A stretch of 57,645 nt of DNA from Reclinomonas americana ATCC 50394 (lineage: Eukaryota): the NCBI GenBank assembly GCA_048213135.1, contig PS015105.1, forward strand, positions 53,638-111,282, written 5' to 3'. The position numbers and the translations under genes are program-made. The stretch's first letter is position 1. Each line of letters begins with the position of its first letter. The notes beneath the pieces were generated by a model. That model did not search any database and was not told the origin of the DNA. It saw only the letters and a list, made by a program, of their open reading frames with translations. Below are positions 36,101 through 48,116 of the stretch, in pieces.

Positions 36101-39100
36101 TGTGGAGGCGATGGAGGCGCAAAACAAGGTGGCCACCAACGGTGAGTTGCTGTTCCGGCACCCGGCACTTGTCTACTGCATTTCTGTTGTCTCACCATGC
36201 TCACAGACTGCCAAGAGCTGCGCGGGTTGCTGGAGCAGACGCTCAGCGACCGACAACAGTTGGAGTGTGAGGTTCACCGGCTGCAGGGCCAGTTGGAGGC
36301 TCTGGGACGGAAGACCGAGAAGGCACAGGCTGATGTTACTCACCAGAGTGCGCCACCGGCCCCTGTCCACGAGGCAACTGCCACCCAAACGCAGGCACAA
36401 ATTGACGAAGCAGCGCTGCGCATGACGCAGGTGGAGGCCGAACGTGCACGATTGGAGACGCAACTGAAGGACGTGCGCACTCGCATGGAGAGCAAGCGCG
36501 AGCGGTGGGCGAAGCAAAAGGATTCATTCAAGCAGCAGTCGGAGCAGTGGGCACAAGAATCGGCTGCACACCGTGCCGAAATGGACCGCCTGCGTGACCA
36601 AGTTGCGGAAAGCGACGTATATCTTGAGTCGCCCCTTGTCGCCATGCCACTGACGAGCGCGTGAACAACACACAGTTGACTGAGAGCACCGACAAGAAAC
36701 GCGAGTTGTACCACAAGTGGCAAAAGACGCGCGACGACCTGCAGCAGCGCGAGTCCACCATTGCGTCACTGAAGAGCATGGTATGCATGTGTGTTCATTT
36801 TTTTATCTCCCGACTCGTGAGCTAACTTGTTTGTGCTAGATTGCCGAGCTGCAGAGCAAGGCTGAGGAGTCGGAGATGGAGCGTCGCAAGGCCACCACTC
36901 TGCTGCGTGAGATGCGCGACAAGAACGTGGAGCTCCGCACGCAGTTGGACGCGCGTACGCTCGTCTCCAGTCGACATGCCGACGATGTGGTCACGGAGAA
37001 GAATAAGGAGATTCATGCGCTCCACGCAGAGCTTCGCGACGCGCAGAACCTGCTGGAGCAGAGTCGCGACTGCCTGCAGAAGCTGGAGGCTTCATGCATG
37101 CAACGGGACTCGCACATTCAGAAGCTGCATGCAGATTTCACCAGCGCCAACGCCAGAGTGCGTGAGCTGGAGGCCAATGCCGAAATGGATGCCACCACGC
37201 GTCAGCAGCTGACAGACGACAATCGACAACTGCGCTCCAATTGGCAGTCGATGCAAGAGGAGAGTCGCCGACACAACCAGCAGTTGCAGGAGTCACGCGA
37301 TACGGTGAGGGGCAAGTAAAGCGCGGAGGTGTGACCCCTTTGTGTGCAAGGCAACTCAATCGTGTGTTGTCTGTTGTTGCAGGTCGCACATCTTGAGGCC
37401 GAGGTTATCAAGCTCTCGACCAATCTGCAGTTGGCACAGCAGCGCATTCATGAGGTCCAAGATGCTGGCGAGCGAGCCAAGTTGTGCCCAGATTTTGTCT
37501 GCACACTTTAGCTTGCGGTGAGCTCATCTCTTTTTCAATCGTTGGCTGCTTGTCAGGTCACGGACGCAGGCCAAGAGCGTTGAGCGCAAGAAGATGGAAG
37601 ATGAGCTACGCGACGCCAACGATCGCAGCACGAAACTGCAGGAGGAACTGGAGAGCAAGTTGCGTGTTTTATGAGTGTCACGGCATTGTCTTGTTCGTCG
37701 TGCTCAACAGAATGCTCTGTGTCGTGCAGGCTCAAGAAGGTCCGCAAGTTGACGGAACGTGTGACGGAACTGCAGAACAAGGGTCAAGCAGATGAGCGGA
37801 AACGCTCAAACATGTCCAAGGAGCTGGAGAAGCTGCGATTGAGTGTGGTGCAGCTGGAGAGCGAACGCACGCAGTTGCAAAGGCGCGTTTTGCACGACAC
37901 AACGCACAATTGGTTTTGAAGCGGTTTCTCACGACGATTTTGTGTACCACGTGCAGTGCCAACAAGGCTAGTTCGGCCGTCCTGGCCAACTTGCAACTCG
38001 AGGTGCGCGAACGAGACACGCAGATCCGAATTCTGCGCGATTCGCTGCACGTGTCGGAGCAGCGTGCCGGTGCGTTCGAGTCGCAGACGCGAGATGTGGA
38101 GCGGGCATACAGCAGCGAGTCACGTGAGTAATGTGGCGCTTATTTGCGTGACTCTGCTTGTTGCTGAGCTTGCGTGTCGCGGCCATGCAGAGCGACTGCA
38201 GCGTGACGGTCAGCAGTTTGGTCAATTGTGCGCAGCCGAGGCAGCAGCTACTTGTGCGCGCCTCCTGGCCAAGCATGTGGGCTACACTGACTCGGCGGCT
38301 ACCGAGGGCAGGGCAGCGAATGGCGACGATGATGGAGATGACGATGGTGGCATCGGCAGCGGCACGTTCTTGTCGGGCTTTGCTGCAGAGCTGTCGGAGC
38401 AGCAACAGAGTTGAGTGTTCCTCCGTGGCATGCATGCAACTGATGGGCGACTTGGCTGACCCGATAACATTCTCGTGACAGGCATGAGCAAGCACTGGGC
38501 TCCACTGCTTCGCGAAGTCCGAGCCAACGCGCAGCGCATGTGCATCGATGTGGCCGAGTTTGCCAAGCGTAAGATTGCACAGTTGCACGGTCGAGCTGTG
38601 CGGGAGACGGAACGAAGGGAGACCGCAGAGCGCGCACTCTCCGAGTCAGCGGAGAAGTTGTCGTTGCAGAGTGGTGCGGCGGAACAACGCATGCTCTTGA
38701 TCTCTTGGTGGGGCGGTGACTGACTCGCATTGTGTGCTCTGCATGTAGCGCTGCTGTCGTCGACCGTGTCTGCTCGCGAGTCGGTGGAAGCTCAACTGGC
38801 CGAATACAAGGTACTCCTCGACAGAGATTGGCTCCAGCAGCGTATGCATGCACGTGCTCACTTTGTCTGTGCACAGCAAATGGCTGCCAAGGAGCAGGCT
38901 GCACTGCGCGAGCAAATGGATCGACTGCAGGAGACGGCTCGTGAGCACAAGGCGCAGGTGAAGACATTGGAGAAGGAGGTGCGCCAAAAGTCGCAAGACT
39001 CGGCCAGTGCTCGTGACGACCTCGGCAAGCGGCTGGAGGAGGCACAGTCGCGCATTGCGGATATGGAGGAGCGAGCTCGGACCGCCGATGAGACCATTGC

Positions 39101-40468
39101 CGGTCAACGTGAGCGGTGAGTTTTCCCAGCAATCTGAGCAAGGGATTTGTGAAGCTGACATGCATGTGCGTGCTTTCCACAGCATTCAAACGCTGTTCAA
39201 GCAGAACGAAAAGGCGCTGAAAACGCGCAATCGTACCTCGGAGGAAGTACATCGACTGCAGAAGCAGGTGGTCAAGCTGCAGACACAGCTGGATATGGAG
39301 ACGCAGGTCAGTCCAATCGTTGACTCCTTCATTTCAAGCACTTGTTCACGGTCGCTACAGGCAAAACGCACCACGCAAGAGGAGCTGCGTGATCGAACAA
39401 CCAAGCTCTCACGAGCACAGGCTGAGATCCGCACGCTGAAGAGCAAGCTGGAGCACAGCGTGGAAGAGGGCAATGTTGCGTGCGTCGCCACCCAGGCGGA
39501 GAGCGACCTGGCTCAGTTGCAAGTCGAGGTCGCCGGCCTTCTCTCGTTCTCATCTGAGGTCAGTGTGTGACAAGGGAGGTGACGGTGCTGGATATGCTGT
39601 TGTGTTGACTTGCCTGTGCACACAGATGGAGAAGCAGTTGGCGGCCGCGCTGCAGGACCTGCAGATGCGCGACGAGGAGAACCGAGAGCTCGCCAAGGCG
39701 TATACGGTGTTGGAGGCCGAGTACCTCGACTACGTGCAAGTGCAGGAGATTGAGACGGCAAGGCTGAGTGCGCGCTGCGAGCAGCTGCAGCAGTTGTACC
39801 AGAACCGCTACGACAGCGCCATGGCCGCGCCCGCGCCAACTCCGACACCGCCGCAAGTGCAAGCACCAGCACAACAACAGACCCCGGCACCGGCTCTTGC
39901 GCCGCCCGCCACGCTGATTACGCCTGCCACGGCGCCACCTGCAGCACCACCAGCGCCGATTAGTGCACCGACACCCATTTTGCAGGCACCCGCATCAGCA
40001 CCCGCTGCACCACCAGCCCCCACGCCGGTGGAGAGTAGCGAGAATCGATGGTTTACGCCGTCGTTCCGCCACCCGTCCATTGTGTTCCCGTCGTCGTCCG
40101 CGTCCGTGTCCACCGTAGCCACGGCGGATAGCGCCACTCGACGACACGTGCAGCTGGTGTTGCCGCAAGAGTCAGTGTCGCCACAGCTGACGGCCACTGA
40201 CCTGCTGGACATGGATGCGAGTGTGCTCGACTCGGGCCGTGCCCTGGCAGCCACTCGCGCCGCCGCTGCGGCTGCTGCCGTGGCAGCCGAGCAGTCACTG
40301 AGTGGCCACATGCCTTCAGCTGCCGCGCAAGCATTGGCTGACGAGACGCCACTGGTGCTACGTAGTGGGGCCGCCAAACCTGCTGCTTCATCATCAACAT
40401 CCATGGGTCCACCACCACCAAGTGGCTACGCGCGAATGTTTGGCGAGAAGAGGCGAGCGCAGCGGTGA
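33175..40468 (+). CDS. Very long coiled-coil protein (5' end in gap), >25 exons, Pro/Ala-rich tail
   Basis: Continuous E/Q/R/K/L heptad-like sequence after in-phase splicing of short introns. Ends GEKRRAQR*. Confidence 0.85.
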
Positions 40469-40565
40469 TTTACACATCACAACCTTTACCCTCCTTTCGT
40501 TTCCCTGTGATTTTTGTCGCTGTATTATGTAAATGCACACATGTTTTTTTGGTTTACTGCAATGT

Positions 40566-43500
40566 CTATCTAGGGTGGTGGTGATGCTGCAGCTGCTTCT
40601 TTTTCGAGTGCTCCAATATGAATGCGAAGTCCTCGGCCACAGCAGTGTATCGTGAAATGCGTCCACCGTCGCCTGCGTGGCCTCCCACGGACAACACTCG
40701 GCACACAACAGGGGCCGTCACACCGTGCTGCTGACGGGCAGCTCGCAAACGTGCCACGTACTTGACTGGATTCCACGTCGGCACTCGCGCATCGTTCACA
40801 GCCGACACGACGAGCACTGCCGGGTGTGCCATGCTGTCACACAGGCATGTCAACGAAAACAACATCTCACCAGTGAATTCAAGAGCAGAAGGTGCATACC
40901 GCTGTTCAGGGGAAGCCGACCACCTATGCACACTGCTGTCAATGTTCTCGTAGGGACTGTACGAGGCCACATAGTCGTAATCCATCTGGTTGTTCTCCAC
41001 ATCGCCCCATTCCTGGTTTCAGCACATGCAGTGAGCGGTGCGGGGAGAGGAGGGGCAGTGAACACATTGTGGACCTCCGTGTCAATCGAAGAAATGGCAT
41101 CCTTGTGCGACGTCATGCTGGTGAGAACGTCCACAAACGGAGCCTTCAGCACGGCACTCCGAAACAGGTCTGGTCGCATGTTGATCGACGCCGCTGTGAC
41201 AACAGATCGTCAGACGGGGAATGAGAGGGAGGTAGAGGGGGAGGGAGTCGCCGCGAACCAACGAGCAGGCCGCCGGCACTCATACCCCACGCAGCTAGGT
41301 CACCCTCTGCCGCATACTTGGACTGCTGCAAGTGTGCGGCACAGGCCACGAAATCGTGAAACGAATTCATCTTGTTGTGCAGCTTGCCGTTCTTGTACCA
41401 CGACTGTGAGAATTCACCACCACCACTGCGCACAAGCACTGTCAGAATGCAGAAGCAGAGAGAGTGTGCTAAGCAACCTACCGCACAAGGGCTACCGCCA
41501 CAATCCATCCACGGTCGAGCAGGCTGAGGTAGCCTGGATCGAAATTCGTGTCGGCCGAGATGCCGTACGCACCGTAGCCACGCAGGAATGTCGGGTTGCT
41601 GTTCACCATCACTTGTGAGTGAGACAAGAATCGCGTGAGACGTGGCAGTACCAAACAGACCCGTCAACCAGGTCGCGTAGGCTCCTGCGGTAACCCACAA
41701 GAGTCGGCACTTGCACACCGTCGTGCGACGTCGCATGCACGACCTCCAGGGTGTACTCGGAAAAATCAATTTGCCGCTGCCCGTCTGCGCCACAGTCCAG
41801 TGATTCGTTGCGGGGGAGGGGAAGAGAGAAAACACACTTGTGCATACCAAAGAGCTGCACTCGATCCAGCTGCCGACACTGACCAGTGCGCAGGTCCAAG
41901 TCACACGTGGTGAGTGGATGCACCGGAGACGAGTACGTGAAGCGGAACACCGCATTGTCGACATCCTGTGGCACATCACGTGAGTACGAACGAACACAGC
42001 GAGTGGGAGAGAGAGACAACAAAAAATGCTGTGCCAGTACCGCATTGGCTCCTGGCTCCACGGCCACGGCTCCCTCCGGCAACTCAGCCTCCACCAGCTG
42101 ATATCGCGACGGCTGCAACACGCGGCTCGCACCAGCAGTCGGCACAAGTGCCTGATGGGGAGCAGCAGCTTCGGGTGAATTCGGCCGAATGTTAAACCAA
42201 CGCCTGCGTACCGACGATGTGCGTGTTGGTGGTGAGGGCTGTTGGGTGGAGGCACCACCACCAACATCGTGCAATACGTGCACGAACGCCCGACCGCCAC
42301 TTCTGCCAAAGATCACCACCGACGACTGCACAACCAAGCGTCAGCATTCAAGGCCCGCAGATTGCGCGCCAGACATCCCACCGAAAACACGTGAAAGCCA
42401 TGCGGACACTCGCCCGGCAGCGGTCTGTACACATCGGTCCATGCGTGGCGGTCGGCGATCTTGTCGAGTGGGGCGCACGACAACACAAAGTCGTCTGGCG
42501 AGCCGCCGGCGAAGTTTTGCAGAATGTAGAAGAGGCCCTGATCGAGAAAGGGGAAAGGGTTAGGGAGGGAAGTGAGGGAAGGGAGAGGGAAGGGAGAGGG
42601 AAGGGAGGAGAAGGGAGAGGGAAGGGAGGAGAAGGGAGGGAAGGGAGGGAAGGGAAGGGAGAGGGCAGGGAGGGAAGGGAGGGAAGGGAGGGAGGGGAAG
42701 GGAAGGGTGTGGGGAGGGAGGAAGGGAGGCAAGGGAAGGGAGGCAATTGAGAGAAGGGAGGGGAAGGGAGGGAAGGAAGGGAGGGAAGGGGAAGGGAAGC
42801 GAAGGAAAAGGGAAGCGAGGAATGAAGGAAAGCAGGCAGGATGGAGGAATGAACCAAGGGTGGAAGCAAGGAGGTGAAGGCAGCATGATCGACAAACAGA
42901 GAGGAGTGTGTGAGAGATTACATGACTCTGCGCAGACGCACTTGGTAGTGGTCCACCAAAGTGACCTGGTCTTGCTTCTGACCCGGCACTGCTGTCAACT
43001 GCGTTGGCTGTTGCGTCGGGGCGACAAACACGGTGGACTCGCTCCGACTGGCCAGTGTCAAAACAATGAACTCCTGCGATGAGCAGAGAGGTCACCAATT
43101 GTCTCTCAGCGTGCACAAGTGTCATCACACAAACCTTGTCGCGCGACACATGCACGTCCACCAGAGTGGATGGATCGGCCGCATACAGCAGGCGCACATC
43201 GGTTGCCTGCGGCGTTCCCAGCACATGGACCAGCACCTGCAGTGACGACAGCATGAGAGAGTGTGTGTGATTGAGCGAGGACAGTGAGAGACAAGTGCTG
43301 CACCTCGGAAGGTCGGCGGTTCTCGTCGATTCTCGTGTACACCACTCTCTCGTGGTCGAGGTACTCAAAGGCAAGGACGTTGCGCAGCTCACAGTGCAAC
43401 ATGCCATCAACCACGTTGCGCACGTACATGTCATACGTCTCCGTACCGTGGGCATCCAGCAGGAAACCAAAGTGACTGCCGGCGATCAGCACCGCTTCAC

Positions 43501-44149
43501 ACCATTCCCCTTCCGCTGCACTTACCGATCGTCCGGCGACATGTGCGTGCTCGTTCCCATGCCCACATACGCCGCATTCAACGTCGTCGTATTAAGCAGC
43601 ACCTGTTCCGCACCACGCAGCCGCCGTGGAGGCACATCACCAACACGATACGGTCGCCGACAGTACACCGACGTGTTATGCCCCTCGTCGACACGCTCAT
43701 AGTACCAGTAGCCACGACACAGCTCCGCCGTCGATGCGTGCGTCGGCGACAAGCACTCACGCATCTCCTACGCACACACGCACACGAGCAGTCGTCGTCA
43801 GCAGCAGGCAGCAGCGCGCAGACAACTCCACGAGTGGTGGAATGCACATTGAGCAGCTGTCGCTTGAGTGCATCGTACGACGCTCCCTGACTGTGTGCGT
43901 ATTGATTCTCTGCGGCAATGTGGCTGCGCAGGAGGTGTGCTTGTTGTGCGTCTTGCATCCATGCGTAGGGATCGATGCGGCGTCGTGTGCCGCTGAAGAG
44001 CGATTCACTGGCGACAACACGGGCGATGGGTGGTGCAACGCGACTGTGTGTGAGTGTGAGAGGGAGGGCAGAGAGGGAGGTGAAGGGGGAGGGTAGGGAC
44101 ACACGTGCCTGCGCAGGAGAGCGCGGACCATGCCGCCCACTCCACTCAT
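40566..44149 (-). CDS. Oligopeptidase B / prolyl oligopeptidase (peptidase S9A)
   Basis: DPYAWM...AENQY, GYGAYG, RGGGEFSQSWY, KMNSFHDFVAC, nucleophile GMSAGG, PFVDVL, YSPYENI, Asp in NDARV and His in GGH. Confidence 0.95.
42555..42875. repeat. Purine-rich GGGAA/GGAG microsatellite inside an oligopeptidase intron
   Basis: Visible degenerate (gggaa)n tract. Confidence 0.9.
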
Positions 44150-44228
44150 CGCAGAGCAGACAGTGTCGCGAGGCTCGCGATTTTGAATGTCCACTACACA
44201 TAAGCCTCGCTGCTCAACGCCACTGTTG

Positions 44229-45500
44229 ATGAGTGTCCCCAGCAGCAGCAGCAATCGGAGCCGTGGCAGTGGCAGAGGTGGAAGCGGAAGCAGTGGCCAT
44301 GGTTCAGGACCACAACTTACCGGAGATGACGGCAATGACGAAGATGTCGTCATTCCAGTTCTTAAGTCTCTGGGTGCACTACTGCGTCAACTGTCGGCCC
44401 ACCAACATCTTGCCGATCATGCCAGGAAATTCAGGGGCATGGTGTGTGTGTGATTGTGGTGCAGTCATGTTGCATTCCGATACGTACCAGTCAGTCACAC
44501 TTTCCGCACGCACATGCGCAGATGTGGGGTCTCGCAGTGCTTTGGACCCAGACAACCCGGTTTTCACTGTCGCGCTGCCCAACATTCCAGTGTGATACTC
44601 CAGAAGCGGAAGAGGTGGACGATTTCGATGAATCCGAGTGCTGCTTTATCCTTGCCAAGTGTGGAGGAAGTGTGCGCATGCGTGCTCTCTTCTTGCTCAG
44701 GTGGTCGCTCGATTCCAGTTACTAACTAACATGACCTTTAGAATGGTTACGTCCTGCTGCGGTACTGCCAGTACATGGCGGGTCTGCTATCGCAGTTCGA
44801 GCGACCACGCTCTGTCAACGAAACTTCTTGGAAGGAAGTTTTTGGCAGGCTCAATCCAGGCCTTCATGTCGTGGCAACTTTTGCATCACTTGGGCCTCCG
44901 CCAAGGGACGGTCTCACGTCATCGCATGCATGCCACTCTCCAGAGAACAAGCGTTGCATCAACCCAAGTCACTTCAGCTGGCAATCTCTTTACGCCAACA
45001 AGCAACGTGAGTCACATCACGATGAGGAGGACTGTGAAGCTGCCGACGAGCCGTGCGATCCACGCTGTCGGTTCGCCGGACCCGTCCCACTGGTGGTCGA
45101 GGAATCTCCAGCGACAGCGAATAAGGAGGTCCGACAAGCCCTCCTTCGCCGACTGGAATTCTTGCGCGAAGAAATGGAGCGCATCATGTTACGAGGCATT
45201 GTCTTTCCACCACCGGCAGTAGTCCTTTGTCGTTGTTTTTCACTCACCGCAACATGCGCATTCAGAGCGCGGACGATGGAGAGCGCTCGGGAAGCGCGGA
45301 TCGCCGAATTCGAGACCTTGCTTGCTGATTGTGTTGCCAGGGCGTTTAGACGTCGGGTTACCCGAGATGGTACAATCGCACGAGCGTTGGTCACGTACAC
45401 TGTGAACGATTTTCATGCCCGTGTGGTCAACCCGCTGCTGATCACGCTGGGTACACTCGAGTTTTCGGAGAGTACAGAAGAGGAGGAGGTGGTCAACTGA
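44229..45500 (+). CDS. His-Cys-box (His-Me finger, I-PpoI-like) endonuclease-domain protein with spliceosomal introns
   Basis: Exons 44229-44441, 44522-44671 and 44742-45500 (phase-0 GT-AG introns). Motif ECCF...NGY...LHVVA...GPPP...SHACH...CINPSHFSWQSLYANKQR...C...CDPRC. An upstream in-frame ATG lies at 44187. Confidence 0.8.
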
Positions 45501-45822
45501 TATCAGGACTCTCCCGTCTTCAGAATCCACGGTCAGTGGTCGACTGCCGCGTGGGATGTAGATGGAGAGGGTCAATGTAACCTGACTGAGTGATGCATGC
45601 AAGCATGTACATATGCATGTCTTGCAGAGTGGTTCTTCGAGCAATAACCTCTGGTGGCAACGGGGCGTGATTGACAGAAATCACCTCGATTGTCAAGAAT
45701 TGGCTCCTTACCGCACAATGACCACAACGCGTACGAGCCAGGAATTTATTTTATTATTCCTATTCCAAGCATGTTGTGTGAGTCGATCAAGTGGTCGGTG
45801 GATCACACCTCTCACCACAAGC

Positions 45823-46658
45823 ATGAGGTGAGCGACGAGCATCTCTTCCTTCTCCTCTTTTCTTCTCTCACTCACTCACCCTTCCCCGCTACCCTCAGCG
45901 CCACCACCACCAAAGATCTGCACCTGTCACACGAGTTCCACGCACCGGGGCTCAAAGCACAGCACATTTACGATGTGCTCACTGATGGAGAGAAGCACGG
46001 GCGCATGATTGGTGCTCCAGTGACGCAAGAGGGACCGGTGTGTGATGCCTGTGTGTGTGAGAGAGAGACAACAGGGAATCATTCGCGATCTCATCATCGT
46101 GTGGAGTGCAGGCCGCAGTCGGTGTGGCGTACACGGCATGGGGAGGGTACATTGACGGGTCGTACACGGAGCTGAGCCCGCCGCACCGCATCGTCTCGCA
46201 GTGGAAAGTGAGTGCGCTGCTTTGCCAGTTTTTCCGAACACAGCAACTCACGTGCACTCATTATCACACGCAGGGACGTTGCGCAGTCGCAGCACGCTGC
46301 GCATCCCCCAGCTCGCCGTTCACCAGTCACTGACGTACATCTGTGTGCTTCCGAGCAGGTGACTTTGCAGAGTGGTCGCAGGTGGTGTACACGCTGACGG
46401 AGACGGCGGCGGACACGGTGCACACGCAGCTGGATCATCTCGGCGTGCCGGCATCGTGGGGTTTGTGCTCCCTGCAGTCCTCTGCGAGTGCCTCGCTCAC
46501 TATCTCCGCAACGCAGAGCATGGCTGGGACGCGCACTACTTCCAGCCGTTGCAAAAGCTCGTTGCTTTGCTCTCTGTCTCGCGATGAATAATGATGGTGA
46601 AGCGCTGACTTTGTCACTCTGGCACAGGTACCTGACGGAGGAGCTCGGCAGCAAGTAA
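45823..46658 (+). CDS. AHSA1/SRPBCC (START-like) domain protein
   Basis: IYDVLTD, VGVAYTAWGGYIDGSYTELSPPHRIVSQW, HLGVP and GWDAHYFQP, typical of the Aha1 C-terminal-like domain. The start could be 45718. Confidence 0.85.
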
Positions 46659-46745
46659 CAGCCCACCACCGTAATCCTCTCCACGCCATCAGTGCCAATG
46701 CACCACAATCATGGTCGTCGTCGTCGTCGTCGTCATCCCGGAACT

Positions 46746-48075
46746 TCATTCACACAGCACATCGTAATGACCGGGCTTGTACAACAGTGTGACCACAGGC
46801 ACTGCTGGTGGTCGTGGAGGTGCTGCTTCTGCTGCTCCTGCTGCAACCGGTGGTGCATCGGCTGCGGCCGCCCTTGCCTCCTCGATCGGATCCACACCCG
46901 AGTACACATGCGTAACCACGTCGTTCTCCGAGGCGTCGAGGTACTCGACCCGGATGCCGAGTCGCAGACACCTTGTGAGAGCGATGATGTGCAGTTCCTC
47001 ACACTCGCGACCATTCACCTCCTGTGAATGCACCAAGAGTCAGCACACGTCTCCGGTCACAAACCACAAGCAATAACAATGATACACGCACCACTTCCTC
47101 GCGACAGTACTGCACAATCGAGCGACCGTTGGGCAAAAACGGCGCAAACTCCTCGGCATTCATTTGCAGGTAGGCCGAGATGAGGAAGCGCAGGTAGGTG
47201 ACAAAGTACTCGGAGATGTACGGCACACGGAAATCGGCAATCATCGCCTCCACCGTCAGCGTCCTCTCCAACACACCTGCACTCCCACGACAATCAACAA
47301 GTCGATCACCAAGCCTTACTTTCCCTCCGCACGCGTACCTCCAATCACCCGCATCACAGTCTCGTGGAAATCCTCGACCACAAAGTCGGCAAAGCCGGCG
47401 CCAATCAGGAAATTGACACTCTCCAACAGCGTGCTAAAGATCTGCTGCGTCAGTTCCCGATCGCCGCTCAGCAGCAGTCCCTCCAGCATGCCCACCGAGA
47501 ACCCACGCAGGAAGCAGTTGCCATCTGCACGTGTGGAAGGTCACACAAGGAATGCAGACACTCGATTGTCTTTTTTCCGCGTACACAGCTCACCGCCCTT
47601 GATCTTGCGCATGTGACGGTATCGCGCGGCCAGCGTCCTCACCTTGGCCTGCACGTACGGCACATCAGCATTGTAGTGCTCCAGCTCTCGAATGTCCATG
47701 CGATCGCTGACAAGAGGCATGTCGCGCAGCATTTCCTGCAACAGTGCGCGTTGCTGCTCAAACGTGCCTCCCATGCTCATCAACTTGAGGCACACGAAGA
47801 ATGTGTGAGTTATCGTCAGAGAGCAGTATGAGAGAGTGGAACTCACAGGTGATGAGGCGCCTGGTGGTTCTACTGCTGCTGCTGTGAGTGTGTGTGTGAG
47901 GAGAGAGATGAGAGGAGGTATTTCTGGCAGCGCACTCACCATCGGCGACTGGCGAGTCTGGCACCACCTCCTCGCCCTCTGGCACTACAGGAGGTGGTGG
48001 TGGTGGTGGAGGAGGAGGAGGTGCAGGCTGCTCTTGTGGCTGCTGTGCAGCGTACGTGTTGTCTCTCCGCACCAT
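46746..48075 (-). CDS. OTUB1: Otubain-family deubiquitinase (peptidase C65)
   Basis: RKIKG/DGNCFLRGF (catalytic Cys), FVVEDF, YLRFLISAYLQ, ECEELHIIAL, RVEYLD and LLYKPGHYDVL (catalytic His). Confidence 0.93.
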
Positions 48076-48116
48076 CACGTCAACAACGAAGTTGTCCTCT
48101 CACGTTCTTCACTTCG

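Noticed and set aside
42313-43082. Pro/Ser-rich or Gly/Glu/Arg-rich ORFs
   Set aside because: Translations of an intronic GGGAA microsatellite.
45498-45500. TGA readthrough or alternative genetic code
   Set aside because: TAA, TAG and TGA all terminate well-conserved genes in this window, and no conserved domain is interrupted by a stop.
44150-45720. Transposon or group I intron enclosing the nuclease gene
   Set aside because: No terminal inverted or direct repeats, target duplication, transposase, rDNA or ribozyme core could be seen by eye.
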